Position numbers and translations under genes: made by a program. 64,000 bases of DNA from an uncultured Pelagibacteraceae bacterium (lineage in GTDB: Bacteria; Pseudomonadota; Alphaproteobacteria; Pelagibacterales; Pelagibacteraceae), in assembly GCA_902620465.1 (NCBI GenBank), contig CACNIF010000003.1, forward strand, positions 49,767 through 113,766, in the 5' to 3' direction. The notes beneath the pieces are model-generated. The model saw only the letters and a list, made by a program, of their open reading frames with translations, had not been told where the DNA came from and did not search any database. Numbering within the stretch: the first letter of the stretch is position 1; every line of letters starts with the position of its first letter. This document shows positions 1 through 10,319 of this stretch, piece by piece.

Positions 1-600
1 AAAAATTCTTTAGATCGTTTAACAAAAAATCAAATATTAAAAGAAATTGAAAAATTTAAAGTAAGCGAAATTCCAGAGAACTTACTTGAGGATGAAATAA
101 AAATACTTTCTCAAGGTATGTCTGAGGACGATGCAAAAAAAAGTAGAAAAAATTTTGAGGAGGTTGCAACAAAAAGAATTAAAGTTGGATTAGTGTTAAA
201 TGAATTTGGTGAACAAAATCAAATAAAAGTTACCGAACAAGAATTACAATCTGAAGTCCAAAAACAAATTAGAATGATGCCAGGTCAGGAAAAAATGGTC
301 ATGGAATTTTATAAAAAAAATCCAAATGCATTAGCGAGTTTAAGAGGAACTGTGTATGAGGAGAAAATTTTAAACATGATTAAAGAAAAGGCTAAGCCTA
401 ATAAAAAAGAAATTTCTAAAGATGAGGCTGAAAAAATCTTAAAAGAATCTCAAAAACAACAGCTCGATCAAGAACTTAAAGATCAAAGAAAACCTGAAAA
501 AAAAGCTGATGTGAAAAAATCGGTAGATAATAAATTAAAACCAAAAATCAAAAAAACTAAAACATTAGCTAAAAAAACAAAAAAAGTTAGCAAAAAGTAA
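1..600 (+). CDS. tig: Trigger factor, C-terminal part (5' truncated by window edge)
   Basis: Frame 1 is open from base 1 to TAA at 600; [13 protein letters not shown]...EEKIL trigger factor C-domain pattern; lies directly upstream of clpP-clpX-lon. Confidence 0.93.
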   Translation, partial: KNSLDRLTKNQILKEIEKFKVSEIPENLLEDEIKILSQGMSEDDAKKSRKNFEEVATKRIKVGLVLNEFGEQNQIKVTEQELQSEVQKQIRMMPGQEKMVMEFYKKNPNALASLRGTVYEEKILNMIKEKAKPNKKEISKDEAEKILKESQKQQLDQELKDQRKPEKKADVKKSVDNKLKPKIKKTKTLAKKTKKVSKK

Positions 601-632
601 TCTCAAGTTGTATAAGTAGAACGAATCAACTT

Positions 633-1244
633 ATGACAAATAAAATATTTGAGCAAATGAGTAATCTCGTTCCAATGGTTGTTGAACAATCAAATCGTGG
701 TGAACGAGCGTATGATATTTATTCTAGGTTGTTAAAAGAAAGAATAATTTTTTTAACAGGTCAAATAAATGATAATGTCGCGTCGTTAGTAACTGCACAG
801 TTATTGTTTTTAGAGGCTGAGGATCCAAAAAAAGAGATATATTTATATATAAATAGTCCAGGTGGTTTAGTGACAGCAGGTTTAGGAATTTACGATACCA
901 TGCAATATGTTAAACCAGATATTTCAACTTTATGTATTGGTCAAGCAGCTTCAATGGGTTCTTTTTTATTATCCGCTGGAAAAAAAGGCAAAAGATTTTC
1001 TTTGCCAAATTCAAGAATAATGGTTCATCAACCTTCAGCTGGGTTTCAAGGCCAAGCCACAGATATAGAAATACATGCTAATGAGGTTTTATCATTAAAA
1101 AAAAGATTAAATGAAATATATTCAAAGCATACAGGTAAAACTGTCGATGAAATTAAAACTGCTTTAGAGAGAGATAATTTTATGACTGCCGACTCTGCAA
1201 AATCTTTTGGCCTGATAGACGAAGTAGTAGAAAAGAGATCTTAA
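633..1244 (+). CDS. clpP: ATP-dependent Clp protease proteolytic subunit
   Basis: [28 protein letters not shown] (catalytic Ser), IMVHQP. Confidence 0.99.
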   Translation: MTNKIFEQMSNLVPMVVEQSNRGERAYDIYSRLLKERIIFLTGQINDNVASLVTAQLLFLEAEDPKKEIYLYINSPGGLVTAGLGIYDTMQYVKPDISTLCIGQAASMGSFLLSAGKKGKRFSLPNSRIMVHQPSAGFQGQATDIEIHANEVLSLKKRLNEIYSKHTGKTVDEIKTALERDNFMTADSAKSFGLIDEVVEKRS

Positions 1245-1333
1245 ATCACAAGATATTGAAATAGCAGTATTCCAAACTTGATTACTATGACTCATTTATA
1301 ATAAGATATGTTAATTGATTCGTTTAAAATTTT

Positions 1334-2602
1334 ATGAATACAAATAATAAAAATATTCTTTACTGCTCTTTTTGTGGAAAAAGCCAGCACGAAGTAAGAA
1401 AATTAATTGCTGGACCTACTGTCTTTATCTGTGATGAGTGCGTTGAATTATGTATGGACATTATAAAAGAGGAGAGTAAGGACACTTTTGTAAAACATCA
1501 AGATGGACTGCCTTCTCCAAAAGAAATTTGTTCAGTTTTAGATGATTATGTAATTGGTCAAGGACATGCTAAGAAAGTTTTGTCAGTAGCAGTTCATAAT
1601 CATTACAAAAGATTAAATTATGAGAGTAAAACGAGTAAAAATGTCGAACTAGCAAAATCAAATATACTTTTAGTTGGCCCAACTGGTTGTGGTAAAACTC
1701 TATTAGCACAAACACTTGCAAGAATTCTTGATGTTCCTTTTACAATGGCAGATGCAACGACATTAACTGAAGCAGGATATGTAGGTGAGGATGTAGAAAA
1801 TATAATTTTAAAATTATTACAAGCCGCGGACTACAACGTAGAAAAAGCTCAAAGGGGAATCGTTTACATTGATGAAGTTGATAAAATAAGTAGAAAATCT
1901 GAAAACCCTTCAATTACAAGGGATGTATCTGGTGAAGGTGTTCAGCAAGCTTTATTAAAAATTATGGAAGGAACTGTTGCAAGTGTTCCACCTCAAGGAG
2001 GGAGAAAACATCCTCAACAAGAATTTTTGCAAGTTGATACTACAAATATTTTATTTATTTGTGGTGGAGCCTTTGCAGGTTTAGATAAGATTATATCTCA
2101 AAGAGATAAAGGTACATCAATTGGTTTTGGGGCGGATGTAAAAAATACACTAGATAAAAAAACAGGTGAATGGATGAAAGGTTTAGAGCCAGAAGATCTT
2201 CTCAAATATGGTTTAATCCCCGAATTTATCGGAAGGTTACCAATGATAGCAACATTAGAAGATCTGGATGAAAAATCTTTAATAAAAATATTACAAGAAC
2301 CAAAAAACTCATTGGTAAAGCAATATCAAGAACTCTTCAAGCTTGATGGTGCTAAATTAACATTTAAAGATAATGCAATAAAGGAAATTGCTCTAAAAGC
2401 AATTAGAAAAAAAACTGGTGCAAGAGGTTTGAGGTCTATCTTAGAAAATGTACTACTGAAAACTATGTATGATTTACCAAGTCAAGAAAATATCGAGGAA
2501 GTGATAATTGATTCTTCTACCGTTAAAGGTCAATCTCAACCAATTATAGTTCACTCAAAAACAGACAATAAATCTAAAACAAATAAGACAACAGCGGCGT
2601 AA
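1334..2602 (+). CDS. clpX: Clp protease ATP-binding subunit ClpX
   Basis: C4 zinc finger CSFCGK...ICDEC, Walker [26 protein letters not shown] loop. Confidence 0.99.
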   Translation: MNTNNKNILYCSFCGKSQHEVRKLIAGPTVFICDECVELCMDIIKEESKDTFVKHQDGLPSPKEICSVLDDYVIGQGHAKKVLSVAVHNHYKRLNYESKTSKNVELAKSNILLVGPTGCGKTLLAQTLARILDVPFTMADATTLTEAGYVGEDVENIILKLLQAADYNVEKAQRGIVYIDEVDKISRKSENPSITRDVSGEGVQQALLKIMEGTVASVPPQGGRKHPQQEFLQVDTTNILFICGGAFAGLDKIISQRDKGTSIGFGADVKNTLDKKTGEWMKGLEPEDLLKYGLIPEFIGRLPMIATLEDLDEKSLIKILQEPKNSLVKQYQELFKLDGAKLTFKDNAIKEIALKAIRKKTGARGLRSILENVLLKTMYDLPSQENIEEVIIDSSTVKGQSQPIIVHSKTDNKSKTNKTTAA

Positions 2603-2628
2603 TAGCCTTAATAAATAAGAAAAAGCTA

Positions 2629-2655
2629 TTGCAAAATAAATTATAATATCCATAT
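2629..2655 (+). promoter_or_regulatory. Putative RpoH (sigma32) promoter of lon
   Basis: TTG(2629-2631)-N18-CCATAT(2650-2655) fits the alphaproteobacterial RpoH pattern; lon is a typical heat-shock gene; ATG follows 7 nt after the -10. Confidence 0.55.
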
Positions 2656-2662
2656 TTAGTTA

Positions 2663-5041
2663 ATGGATATTAAAATTTCATTACCACTACTACCACTAAG
2701 AGATATTGTGGTTTTTCCATCAATGGTAATCCCTTTGTTTGTTGGAAGAGACAAATCTATATCTGCTTTAAACGAGGTGATGAAAAAAGAAAAAAAGATA
2801 ATTTTAGTAACTCAAAAAAATTCAGAAATTGATGATCCAAAAAAAACTGATATATTTATGTATGGTTGTGAGGGAAGTATTCTTCAACTATTAAAATTAC
2901 CAGACGGGACCGTTAAAGTTTTAGTTGAAGGTGTAAAAAGAGTAAAAATTCTTGATTTTAAAGATAATGAGAAATTTATTACCTGTGATTATACCCCATA
3001 CAGCGATGCTTTAAACGAAGATGAAGATTTATACCCGCTTGCAGCGACAGCAGTAAGAAGATTAGAAAAATTAACATCGATCAATAAAAAAATTTCAGGT
3101 GAAACTATTAGCAATATTAAACAATTGAAAGACCCATCTCAAATAGCAGATAACATTGCTTCGCATTTAACAGCAACAATCTCAGAAAAACAGCAAATCT
3201 TTGAAACAATTGATGTTAAAAAAAGATTAAATACAATTATCAAATTGATGGAAAATGAGACCAGCATTATTGGCGTTGAAAAAAGAATTAGGGGAAGAGT
3301 AAAAACTCAAATGGAAAAAACTCAAAGAGAGTATTATTTAAATGAGCAATTAAAGGCTATACAAAAAGAGCTTGGTGAGATTGAAGATGGTAAAGATGAA
3401 AGCACAAATTTAAATAAAGCTATTTTAAAATCTAAAATGCCTAAAGATGTTGAAAAGAAATGTATGCAAGAATTAAAAAAATTAAAAAACATGAGCCCAA
3501 TGTCAGCTGAAGCTACAGTTGTTAGAAACTATTTAGATTGGATGATAGATCTACCATGGCACAAAAAAAGTGAAGTCGATATAGATTTAAAAAAAGCTTT
3601 GAACATTCTTGATAAGGATCATTTTGGATTAGAAAAAGTTAAAGAAAGAATAGTTGAATTTTTAGCAGTTCAAAAAAGAATGGAAAAAATTAAAGGTCCA
3701 ATATTGTGTCTAGTAGGTCCCCCAGGTGTTGGTAAAACTTCACTTGGAAAATCAATTGCAAAAGCTACTAACAGAGAGTTTGTTAGAATGTCAGTTGGTG
3801 GAATGAGAGACGAAGCTGAAATAAGAGGACATCGAAGAACTTATATTGGATCATTACCCGGTAAAATTATACAGATGATGAAAAAAGCTGGTACTAAAAA
3901 TCCTTTAATTTTATTAGATGAAATAGATAAAATTGGAAATGATTACAGAGGTGACCCATCTTCAGCTTTATTAGAAGCTTTAGATCCAGAACAAAATACA
4001 ACATTTAATGATCATTACCTTGAAGTTGATTACGATTTGTCAGATGTAATGTTTGTAACGACGGCAAATACTTTGAATATCCTGCCACCACTTTTAGATA
4101 GAATGGAAGTAATAAGATTAGCTGGTTATACAGAGGATGAAAAAATAAATATTGCTAATAAATTTCTCCTTCCTAAACAAATTAAAGATAATGGCGTTAA
4201 AGAAAATGAAATGAAAATGGATGATGATATTATAAAAGAAATTATAAGAAGATATACCCGGGAATCAGGAGTTAGAAACTTAGAAAGAGAAATTTCTAAA
4301 GTTGCAAGAAAAGTTGTTAAAAAAGTTGTTTCTGGAGAAGAAAAAGAAGTAAATGTTAATAATAAAAATTTGTCCGATTTTCTTGGAGTTCCAAAGCATA
4401 AATTTGGTGAACTAGAAAATGATAATAAAATTGGAATTGTTACGGGTTTAGCTTGGACTGAATATGGTGGTGAAATATTAAAAATTGAGACAGTAACAAT
4501 GCCCGGAAAAGGCAGAATGCAGATTACAGGTAAATTGGGAGATGTAATGCAAGAGTCAGTAAAAGCAGCAAAGTCTTTTGTGAGATCAAAATGCTTAGAA
4601 TATGGAATAATCCCGCCGCTTTTTGAAAAGAAAGATTTTCATATTCATGTTCCCGAGGGTGCAACACCTAAAGATGGACCGTCTGCAGGAATTGCGATGG
4701 TAACATCAATTGTTTCATCTATAACTTCAATTCCAGTAAGAAAAGATGTTGCAATGACTGGTGAGGTGACTTTGACAGGTCAAGTTTTACAAATTGGGGG
4801 TTTAAAAGAAAAATTATTGGCTGCCCATAGAGCTGGAATTAAACAAGTTTTAATTCCAAAAGAAAACGAAAAAGATTTAGTTGATATGCCAAAAAAAATA
4901 ATTGATGATATAAAGATTACCCCTGTAGAAAACGCAGATGAAGTTTTAAAAATTGCTTTAACAAAAGAACTTAAAAAAACTGAATGGGTTGAGGTTGATA
5001 TGTCTAAAAAAGATGACAAATCTCAAGCAAGTATTCAATAA
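2663..5041 (+). CDS. lon: Lon protease
   Basis: LPLRDIVVFP N-domain, Walker A GPPGVGKT, RGHRRTYIG, PKDGPSAG catalytic Ser, IGGLKEK catalytic Lys. Confidence 0.99.
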   Translation: MDIKISLPLLPLRDIVVFPSMVIPLFVGRDKSISALNEVMKKEKKIILVTQKNSEIDDPKKTDIFMYGCEGSILQLLKLPDGTVKVLVEGVKRVKILDFKDNEKFITCDYTPYSDALNEDEDLYPLAATAVRRLEKLTSINKKISGETISNIKQLKDPSQIADNIASHLTATISEKQQIFETIDVKKRLNTIIKLMENETSIIGVEKRIRGRVKTQMEKTQREYYLNEQLKAIQKELGEIEDGKDESTNLNKAILKSKMPKDVEKKCMQELKKLKNMSPMSAEATVVRNYLDWMIDLPWHKKSEVDIDLKKALNILDKDHFGLEKVKERIVEFLAVQKRMEKIKGPILCLVGPPGVGKTSLGKSIAKATNREFVRMSVGGMRDEAEIRGHRRTYIGSLPGKIIQMMKKAGTKNPLILLDEIDKIGNDYRGDPSSALLEALDPEQNTTFNDHYLEVDYDLSDVMFVTTANTLNILPPLLDRMEVIRLAGYTEDEKINIANKFLLPKQIKDNGVKENEMKMDDDIIKEIIRRYTRESGVRNLEREISKVARKVVKKVVSGEEKEVNVNNKNLSDFLGVPKHKFGELENDNKIGIVTGLAWTEYGGEILKIETVTMPGKGRMQITGKLGDVMQESVKAAKSFVRSKCLEYGIIPPLFEKKDFHIHVPEGATPKDGPSAGIAMVTSIVSSITSIPVRKDVAMTGEVTLTGQVLQIGGLKEKLLAAHRAGIKQVLIPKENEKDLVDMPKKIIDDIKITPVENADEVLKIALTKELKKTEWVEVDMSKKDDKSQASIQ

Positions 5042-5056
5042 TAACTATATAGATAT

Positions 5057-5176
5057 ATGGATCTGGTACTATTTTTTTTAATCTCTATATTTGTAATCTA
5101 TTACCTATTTAGACCGACCTCTAAAGAAGAAGAAGATAATTTTAACTCTAAAAATAATTGGAGAGGTGGTTTTTAA
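5057..5176 (+). CDS. Small single-pass membrane protein, 39 aa (not in ORF track)
   Basis: Manual translation MDLVLFFLISIFVIYYLFRPTSKEEEDNFNSKNNWRGGF*; hydrophobic N-terminal segment then polar tail; fills the gap between the lon stop and the convergent gene. Confidence 0.6.
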   Translation: MDLVLFFLISIFVIYYLFRPTSKEEEDNFNSKNNWRGGF

Positions 5177-5181
5177 AACAC

Positions 5182-6639
5182 TTATATGTTTTTTAAATCT
5201 AAGGAAACTTTATAAATAATACTTTTCCAATCATTAAATCTGTGTTGATTAAAATATTTAGCAGTAGGATATCTTAATGATTTACTAGAATTTATTGGAC
5301 ATAACCAAGAAGGATTTTTTCTTGAGAGTATCCATGTTTTTGTGCCCGTTGCACAAGATATGTGAGCAACACTTGTGTCGTTTGAGATAACTAAATCTAA
5401 ATTTTTACATAATGCAGAAGTGTTTGAAAAACTCATTTTATCACCAAGATAATATTTAACATTTTTAAATTTATCTAAAATTAATCTTTCATCACGATCA
5501 TATTCATGATGTAAACAATAAAAATTAACATCTTTGTTTTCGTTAAATAAGTAAATAATTTGATTAATGTCAATTGTCCTATTTTGAGACATTTTTTGTT
5601 GACTACTCTTCCAAGATATTCCAATATTTTTTTCATTTTTAGACAAAACTGATTTCCAATTTGATACAAGTATTTTTTCTGGTTTAAGTTTAAATCTTAA
5701 ACTTTCAATTTTTTTTTCGTTAATATTCAAATAATAAGGTAGGCTCAATAAAGATATTGAATAATCAAATTTTGGTAAATCATTTTCATCAGAAATTATT
5801 GTTATTTCATTATTAATATTCTTAAAAAGATCTTTTAATGGTTTTTGGATTAAAAAAACTACTTTAATATTTTTTTTAGTTAATTTATTTAAACAACCAA
5901 AAAAATAAATTGTATCACCTAATCCTTGTTCATTAAAAACTAAAAGCGTTTTACCTGATATATCTTGACTTTTTTTCCAAGTTTCTACACCAAAATTTCT
6001 TTTTCGATTTTTAAATTCTGGGCTTAGCCATCTGTGCTCATAATCTCTTAAACCATCTTTATAATTTCCTAATTTAACTAATAACAATGATCTATTTAAT
6101 AAGGTTTTTGGAAAATCATTTAATATATTTTTTTTTTTAGCTTCACTAATAAGTAGATTATATGCTTTTAATGAAAATCTGAATTTCCCAAATTCCTCAA
6201 GTATGTTACCAATGTTATGCAAAGAAATTAAAAAATCTTTGTTCAGTTTATAAGATTTAATATACAATTTTAAAGATTTTTTATAATCTAGTAATTTGGA
6301 ATATAAATTTCCTAATTGATAATAAGTTATGTACTGTAAATTTGTTTTAATTTTAAGCGCATCATTTAAACACTGAATTGCCAGTGTTATATTTCCCCTT
6401 TTTTCTATTAGTTTACTTTTATTAATAAATGATGGAAAATAATTTGAATCAATTTCAATAGAAGAATCATAAAATTTTATAGCTAAATCTATTTTATTCA
6501 TTTTTTCTAAAACAATTGCAGCATTAAAATATGATTTAGAATCTTTTATTTCAGACAATATTGATTCAGCTTCATCAATCTTATTTTCTCTAATTTTGAT
6601 TATAGCTAAGTTTTTTTTTTCTGAATTATTATCGTTCAT
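5182..6639 (-). CDS. TPR-repeat protein with C-terminal GT-B (GT9/heptosyltransferase-like) glycosyltransferase domain
   Basis: N-terminal TPR-like helices (YFNAAIVLEKM, YYQLGNLYSKL, LHNIGNILEEFG); YEHRW, EQGLGDTI, SLLSLP, IGISWKS, DLVISNDTSVAHISCATG motifs. Confidence 0.8.
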   Translation of the reverse strand: MNDNNSEKKNLAIIKIRENKIDEAESILSEIKDSKSYFNAAIVLEKMNKIDLAIKFYDSSIEIDSNYFPSFINKSKLIEKRGNITLAIQCLNDALKIKTNLQYITYYQLGNLYSKLLDYKKSLKLYIKSYKLNKDFLISLHNIGNILEEFGKFRFSLKAYNLLISEAKKKNILNDFPKTLLNRSLLLVKLGNYKDGLRDYEHRWLSPEFKNRKRNFGVETWKKSQDISGKTLLVFNEQGLGDTIYFFGCLNKLTKKNIKVVFLIQKPLKDLFKNINNEITIISDENDLPKFDYSISLLSLPYYLNINEKKIESLRFKLKPEKILVSNWKSVLSKNEKNIGISWKSSQQKMSQNRTIDINQIIYLFNENKDVNFYCLHHEYDRDERLILDKFKNVKYYLGDKMSFSNTSALCKNLDLVISNDTSVAHISCATGTKTWILSRKNPSWLCPINSSKSLRYPTAKYFNQHRFNDWKSIIYKVSLDLKNI

Positions 6640-6730
6640 TTATTTATTTCTAAAGATAACTATATGCTTATATTAATTATATTTTATAATTATAAATTAT
6701 TTTATAGGCATTTTTTAGGACTAATAGAAC

Positions 6731-6758
6731 TTGACGTAATTGTACTAAAAGATATAAA
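6731..6758 (+). promoter_or_regulatory. Putative sigma70 promoter for tRNA-Val/tRNA-Asp
   Basis: TTGACG (6731-6736), 16-nt spacer, TATAAA (6753-6758), about 20 nt upstream of tRNA-Val. Confidence 0.55.
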
Positions 6759-6777
6759 ACACAATGTTTTTGGTAAG

Positions 6778-6853
6778 GGGCGGTTAGCTCAGTTGGTAGA
6801 GCATCTCGTTTACACCGAGGGGGTCAAAGGTTCGAGTCCTTTACTGCCCACCA
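6778..6853 (+). tRNA. tRNA-Val(TAC)
   Basis: Acceptor stem GGGCGGT/ACTGCCC, D-arm TAGCTCAGTTGGTAGAGC, anticodon loop TT-TAC-AC, GGTTCGAGTCC T-arm, encoded CCA. Confidence 0.98.
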
Positions 6854-6868
6854 AAATGAATCATGAGT

Positions 6869-6945
6869 GGGGGTGTAGCTCAGTTGGTTAGAGCGATCGC
6901 CTGTCACGCGATAGGTCGAGGGTTCGAGTCCCTTCACTCCCGCCA
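6869..6945 (+). tRNA. tRNA-Asp(GTC)
   Basis: Acceptor stem GGGGGTG/CACTCCC, anticodon arm ATCGC-CTGTCAC-GCGAT, GGTTCGAGTCC, discriminator G plus CCA. Confidence 0.98.
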
Positions 6946-6957
6946 CTTAAACGAATT

Positions 6958-6977
6958 AATACTGATAATCATTATAA
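6958..6977. promoter_or_regulatory. Fur-box-like site upstream of nuoA
   Basis: AATACTGATAATCATTATA matches GATAATGATAATCATTATC at 16/19; 7-1-7 core TGATAAT-C-ATTATAA; a chance match is possible in AT-rich DNA. Confidence 0.4.
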
Positions 6978-7051
6978 TTTTGGCCATATATTATAAATAA
7001 TGTGACCTAACACCACTTCATCTAACCACAAAAAATGATATATATTCCATC

Positions 7052-7420
7052 ATGACTGCGGAATTTTTAAAAGATTATTTGCCTATAATTTTATTTTTAA
7101 TAATTGCATTTGGCTTAAGTTGTGCATTTATAATAATAAATTTTATATTATCACCAAAAAACCCAGATCCAGAAAAACTATCAGCTTATGAGTGTGGATT
7201 CGAACCTTTTCAAGACTCAAGAATGGAATTTGACGTACGGTTTTATTTAGTTGCTATACTCTTTATAATTTTTGATTTAGAAATTGCATTTCTTTTTCCA
7301 TGGGCAATATCGCTTGGTAACATTGGTTTATTAGGTTTTACATCAATGATGATTTTTTTATTCATATTAACAATCGGTTTTATTTATGAATGGAAAAAAG
7401 GTGCATTAGACTGGGAATAA
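7052..7420 (+). CDS. nuoA: NADH-quinone oxidoreductase subunit A
   Basis: [33 protein letters not shown]. Confidence 0.99.
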   Translation: MTAEFLKDYLPIILFLIIAFGLSCAFIIINFILSPKNPDPEKLSAYECGFEPFQDSRMEFDVRFYLVAILFIIFDLEIAFLFPWAISLGNIGLLGFTSMMIFLFILTIGFIYEWKKGALDWE

Positions 7421-7432
7421 TATTTTTATCAA

Positions 7433-7948
7433 ATGAATAACAAGTTAGATCAAGTACCTGAGGAATTTAAACAACTTGCTAGAGACTTTAGCGATAATGG
7501 TTTTATAACTACTTCATTAGAAAATTTAGTAAACTGGTCAAGATCTGGTTCATTACATTGGATGACATTTGGTTTAGCTTGCTGTGCTGTTGAGATGATG
7601 CAAACTGCAATGCCAAGATATGATCTTGAAAGATTTGGAGCAGCTCCAAGAGGATCACCTAGGCAATCCGATGTTATGATTGTGGCAGGAACACTAACAA
7701 ATAAAATGGCTCCAGCATTGAGAAAAGTATATGATCAAATGCCAGAACCACGATATGTGATATCGATGGGTAGTTGTGCAAATGGTGGTGGTTACTACCA
7801 TTACTCGTACTCTGTTGTCAGAGGTTGTGACCGTATCGTGCCTGTTGATGTTTATGTACCAGGTTGTCCACCTTCTGCTGAGGCATTGTTATATGGAATA
7901 ATGCAATTACAAAAAAAAATTAGAAATAAGGGGTCCTTTAGTAGATAA
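7433..7948 (+). CDS. nuoB: NADH-quinone oxidoreductase subunit B
   Basis: [24 protein letters not shown]. Confidence 0.99.
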   Translation: MNNKLDQVPEEFKQLARDFSDNGFITTSLENLVNWSRSGSLHWMTFGLACCAVEMMQTAMPRYDLERFGAAPRGSPRQSDVMIVAGTLTNKMAPALRKVYDQMPEPRYVISMGSCANGGGYYHYSYSVVRGCDRIVPVDVYVPGCPPSAEALLYGIMQLQKKIRNKGSFSR

Positions 7949-7949
7949 A

Positions 7950-8555
7950 ATGAAAAGTTTAATTGATTTAGAAAAAAAAATAAATTCTGAACTCACAACG
8001 AAAATAAATAAAACTAAGATTAAACATAATCAAATTTATATTGAAATTGATAAAGAAGATTTAATTGATGTTTTGCTATTTGTTAAAACTAATAAAGATG
8101 CAAAATTTAGGCAACTGATAGATATCACAGTTGTAGACTATCCAGAGGAAGCACAAAGATTTAAAATTGTATATCTACTTTTAAGTCATGAATTTAATCA
8201 AAGAATAGTTTTAAGTTATTCTATAAATGAGAAAGAAGTTATATCGTCTATCACATCTATTTTTCCATCAGCAAATTGGATGGAAAGAGAAGTTTTTGAT
8301 ATGTATGGTGTAAATTTTAAAGACCATCCTGATCTGAGAAGAATACTTACAGATTATGGTTTTGAAGGTCATCCTTTAAGAAAAGATTTTCCTTTAACTG
8401 GTCATATAGAGTCAAGGTATAGTGAAGAACAAAAAAAAGTAATTAACGAGCCAGTAAAATTAGAACAGAATTACAGAAATTTTGATTATGAAAGTCCGTG
8501 GGAAGGAACAAAATATATTAAAGAGCAAGTAAGCACAGATGACAAAAAAAATTAA
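7950..8555 (+). CDS. nuoC: NADH-quinone oxidoreductase subunit C
   Basis: [33 protein letters not shown]. Confidence 0.99.
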   Translation: MKSLIDLEKKINSELTTKINKTKIKHNQIYIEIDKEDLIDVLLFVKTNKDAKFRQLIDITVVDYPEEAQRFKIVYLLLSHEFNQRIVLSYSINEKEVISSITSIFPSANWMEREVFDMYGVNFKDHPDLRRILTDYGFEGHPLRKDFPLTGHIESRYSEEQKKVINEPVKLEQNYRNFDYESPWEGTKYIKEQVSTDDKKN

Positions 8556-9714
8556 AAATTTAAATTTAAATTTTGGACCTCAACATCCCGCAGCTCATGG
8601 AGTATTAAGGCTTATACTTGAATTAGATGGAGAAGTTGTGGAAAAGGCTGATCCACATATCGGATTATTACATCGAGGAACTGAAAAACTCATAGAAAAT
8701 AAAACTTATATGCAAGCAGTACCTTATTTTGATCGTCTTGATTATGTTGCCCCAATGAACCAAGAGCATGCTTTTGCTCTAGCAATTGAAAAAATCTTGG
8801 GAATTGATGTGCCTATAAGAGCTCAATTTATAAGAGTAATGTTTTGTGAGATTGGTAGAATTTTAAGTCATATTTTAAATGTTACAACTCAAGCATTGGA
8901 TGTTGGTGCTTTAACTCCGTCCCTATGGGGATTTGAGGAAAGAGAAACTCTAATGACATTTTATGAACGAGCCTCTGGATCCAGGTTACATGCAAATTAT
9001 TTTAGAGCCGGAGGTGTTCATCAAGATTTACCAGTCGGTTTAGAGAGAGATATTGCAAAATTTTGTGAAACTTTCCCAAAAGTCATTAACGATTTGGAAA
9101 ACCTATTGACTGATAATAGAATATTCAAACAAAGAAATGTAGATATTGGTATAGTGACTAAAGAGGATGCTCTTGATTATTCGTTCAGTGGAGTAATGAT
9201 AAGGGGCTCAGGTGTTCCATGGGATTTAAGAAAATCACAACCATATGATTGTTACGATCAATTAGAGTTTAAGATACCTATTGGTAAGAATGGAGATTGT
9301 TACGACCGATATTTGTGCAGAATAGAAGAAATGAGAGAAAGTGTTTTTATAATCAAACAATGTTTAGCAAAGATGGAAAAAGGTCCAATTAAAACTTTTG
9401 ATGGCAAAATTTCACCGCCATCAAAAAAAGAGATTAAACAATCAATGGAAGCTTTAATACATCATTTTAAATTATTTACAGAGGGATATAGAGTTCCAAA
9501 GGATGAAATATATACCGCAGTAGAAGCTCCCAAAGGTGAGTTTGGGGTATACTTGATTTCTGATGGTTCGAGCAAACCTTACAAATGTAAAATTAGAGCG
9601 CCAGGATTTTCACATCTTCAATCGATGGATTATTTAATAAAGGGTCATATGTTGGCTGATGTACCAGCTGTACTTGGATCTTTAGATATAGTTTTTGGTG
9701 AGGTTGATAGATGA
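8539..9714 (+). CDS. nuoD: NADH-quinone oxidoreductase subunit D
   Basis: [34 protein letters not shown]. Confidence 0.99.
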   Translation: MTKKIKNLNLNFGPQHPAAHGVLRLILELDGEVVEKADPHIGLLHRGTEKLIENKTYMQAVPYFDRLDYVAPMNQEHAFALAIEKILGIDVPIRAQFIRVMFCEIGRILSHILNVTTQALDVGALTPSLWGFEERETLMTFYERASGSRLHANYFRAGGVHQDLPVGLERDIAKFCETFPKVINDLENLLTDNRIFKQRNVDIGIVTKEDALDYSFSGVMIRGSGVPWDLRKSQPYDCYDQLEFKIPIGKNGDCYDRYLCRIEEMRESVFIIKQCLAKMEKGPIKTFDGKISPPSKKEIKQSMEALIHHFKLFTEGYRVPKDEIYTAVEAPKGEFGVYLISDGSSKPYKCKIRAPGFSHLQSMDYLIKGHMLADVPAVLGSLDIVFGEVDR

Positions 9715-10319
9715 GTTTAAAAAGACCTGCAAAAGAACAACCTGGAAGCTTCGAATTTAATTCCTCATCTTTAGATGATGCAAATAAGATTATTGCAAAA
9801 TATCCAAAGGGCAAACAACAAAGTGCTGTAATGGCTTTACTTTACATCGCACAAAGACAAAATAACAATTGGATACCTCTTGCTGCTATGAAATATATAG
9901 CAAAAATTTTAGATATGCCTTACATAAAAGTTTATGAAGTTGCAACATTTTATAGTATGTATAATTTATCTCCGGTCGGTAAGTATTTTGTCCAAGTATG
10001 CACAACAACTCCTTGTATGATAAGGGGAGCAAATAAATTAGTGGAGGCATGTAAAGAAAAGATATCTGAAAAAGAGTCTGAGCTTTCACCAGATAAAAGC
10101 TGTTCATGGATGGAAGTTGAGTGTTTAGGTGCTTGTGTTAATGCACCAATGATGCAAATTAACGATGAGTATTACGAAGATTTAAATAAAGAAAAAACAC
10201 TAGAGATTTTAGATACGATTTTAAAAGGTGATATACCAAAAGCTGGATCATACAGAGGAAGAGTGAACAATGAGCCAGAAAATAATAGAAAAACACTAAT
10301 GGATTTTAAAAATGCTTAA
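9711..10319 (+). CDS. nuoE: NADH-quinone oxidoreductase subunit E
   Basis: [26 protein letters not shown] 2Fe-2S ligands. Confidence 0.99.
   Translation: MSLKRPAKEQPGSFEFNSSSLDDANKIIAKYPKGKQQSAVMALLYIAQRQNNNWIPLAAMKYIAKILDMPYIKVYEVATFYSMYNLSPVGKYFVQVCTTTPCMIRGANKLVEACKEKISEKESELSPDKSCSWMEVECLGACVNAPMMQINDEYYEDLNKEKTLEILDTILKGDIPKAGSYRGRVNNEPENNRKTLMDFKNA

Noticed and set aside
605-632. AAGTTG...CAACTT inverted repeat just before the clpP ATG
   Set aside because: Only 6 bp with a long loop and no U-tract; too weak to call a terminator or operator
6683-6696. Perfect 14-bp palindrome TTTATAATTATAAA upstream of the TPR-GT gene
   Set aside because: It is pure A/T within a nearly all-A/T stretch and is expected by chance
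6664-6891. 75-aa ORF on the + strand
   Set aside because: It runs through tRNA-Val and into tRNA-Asp; spurious translation of RNA genes
5042-6945. Integrative element or prophage at tRNA-Val/tRNA-Asp
   Set aside because: No integrase and no duplicated tRNA end (att) found by eye; the insert lies 5' of the tRNAs and holds only two ORFs
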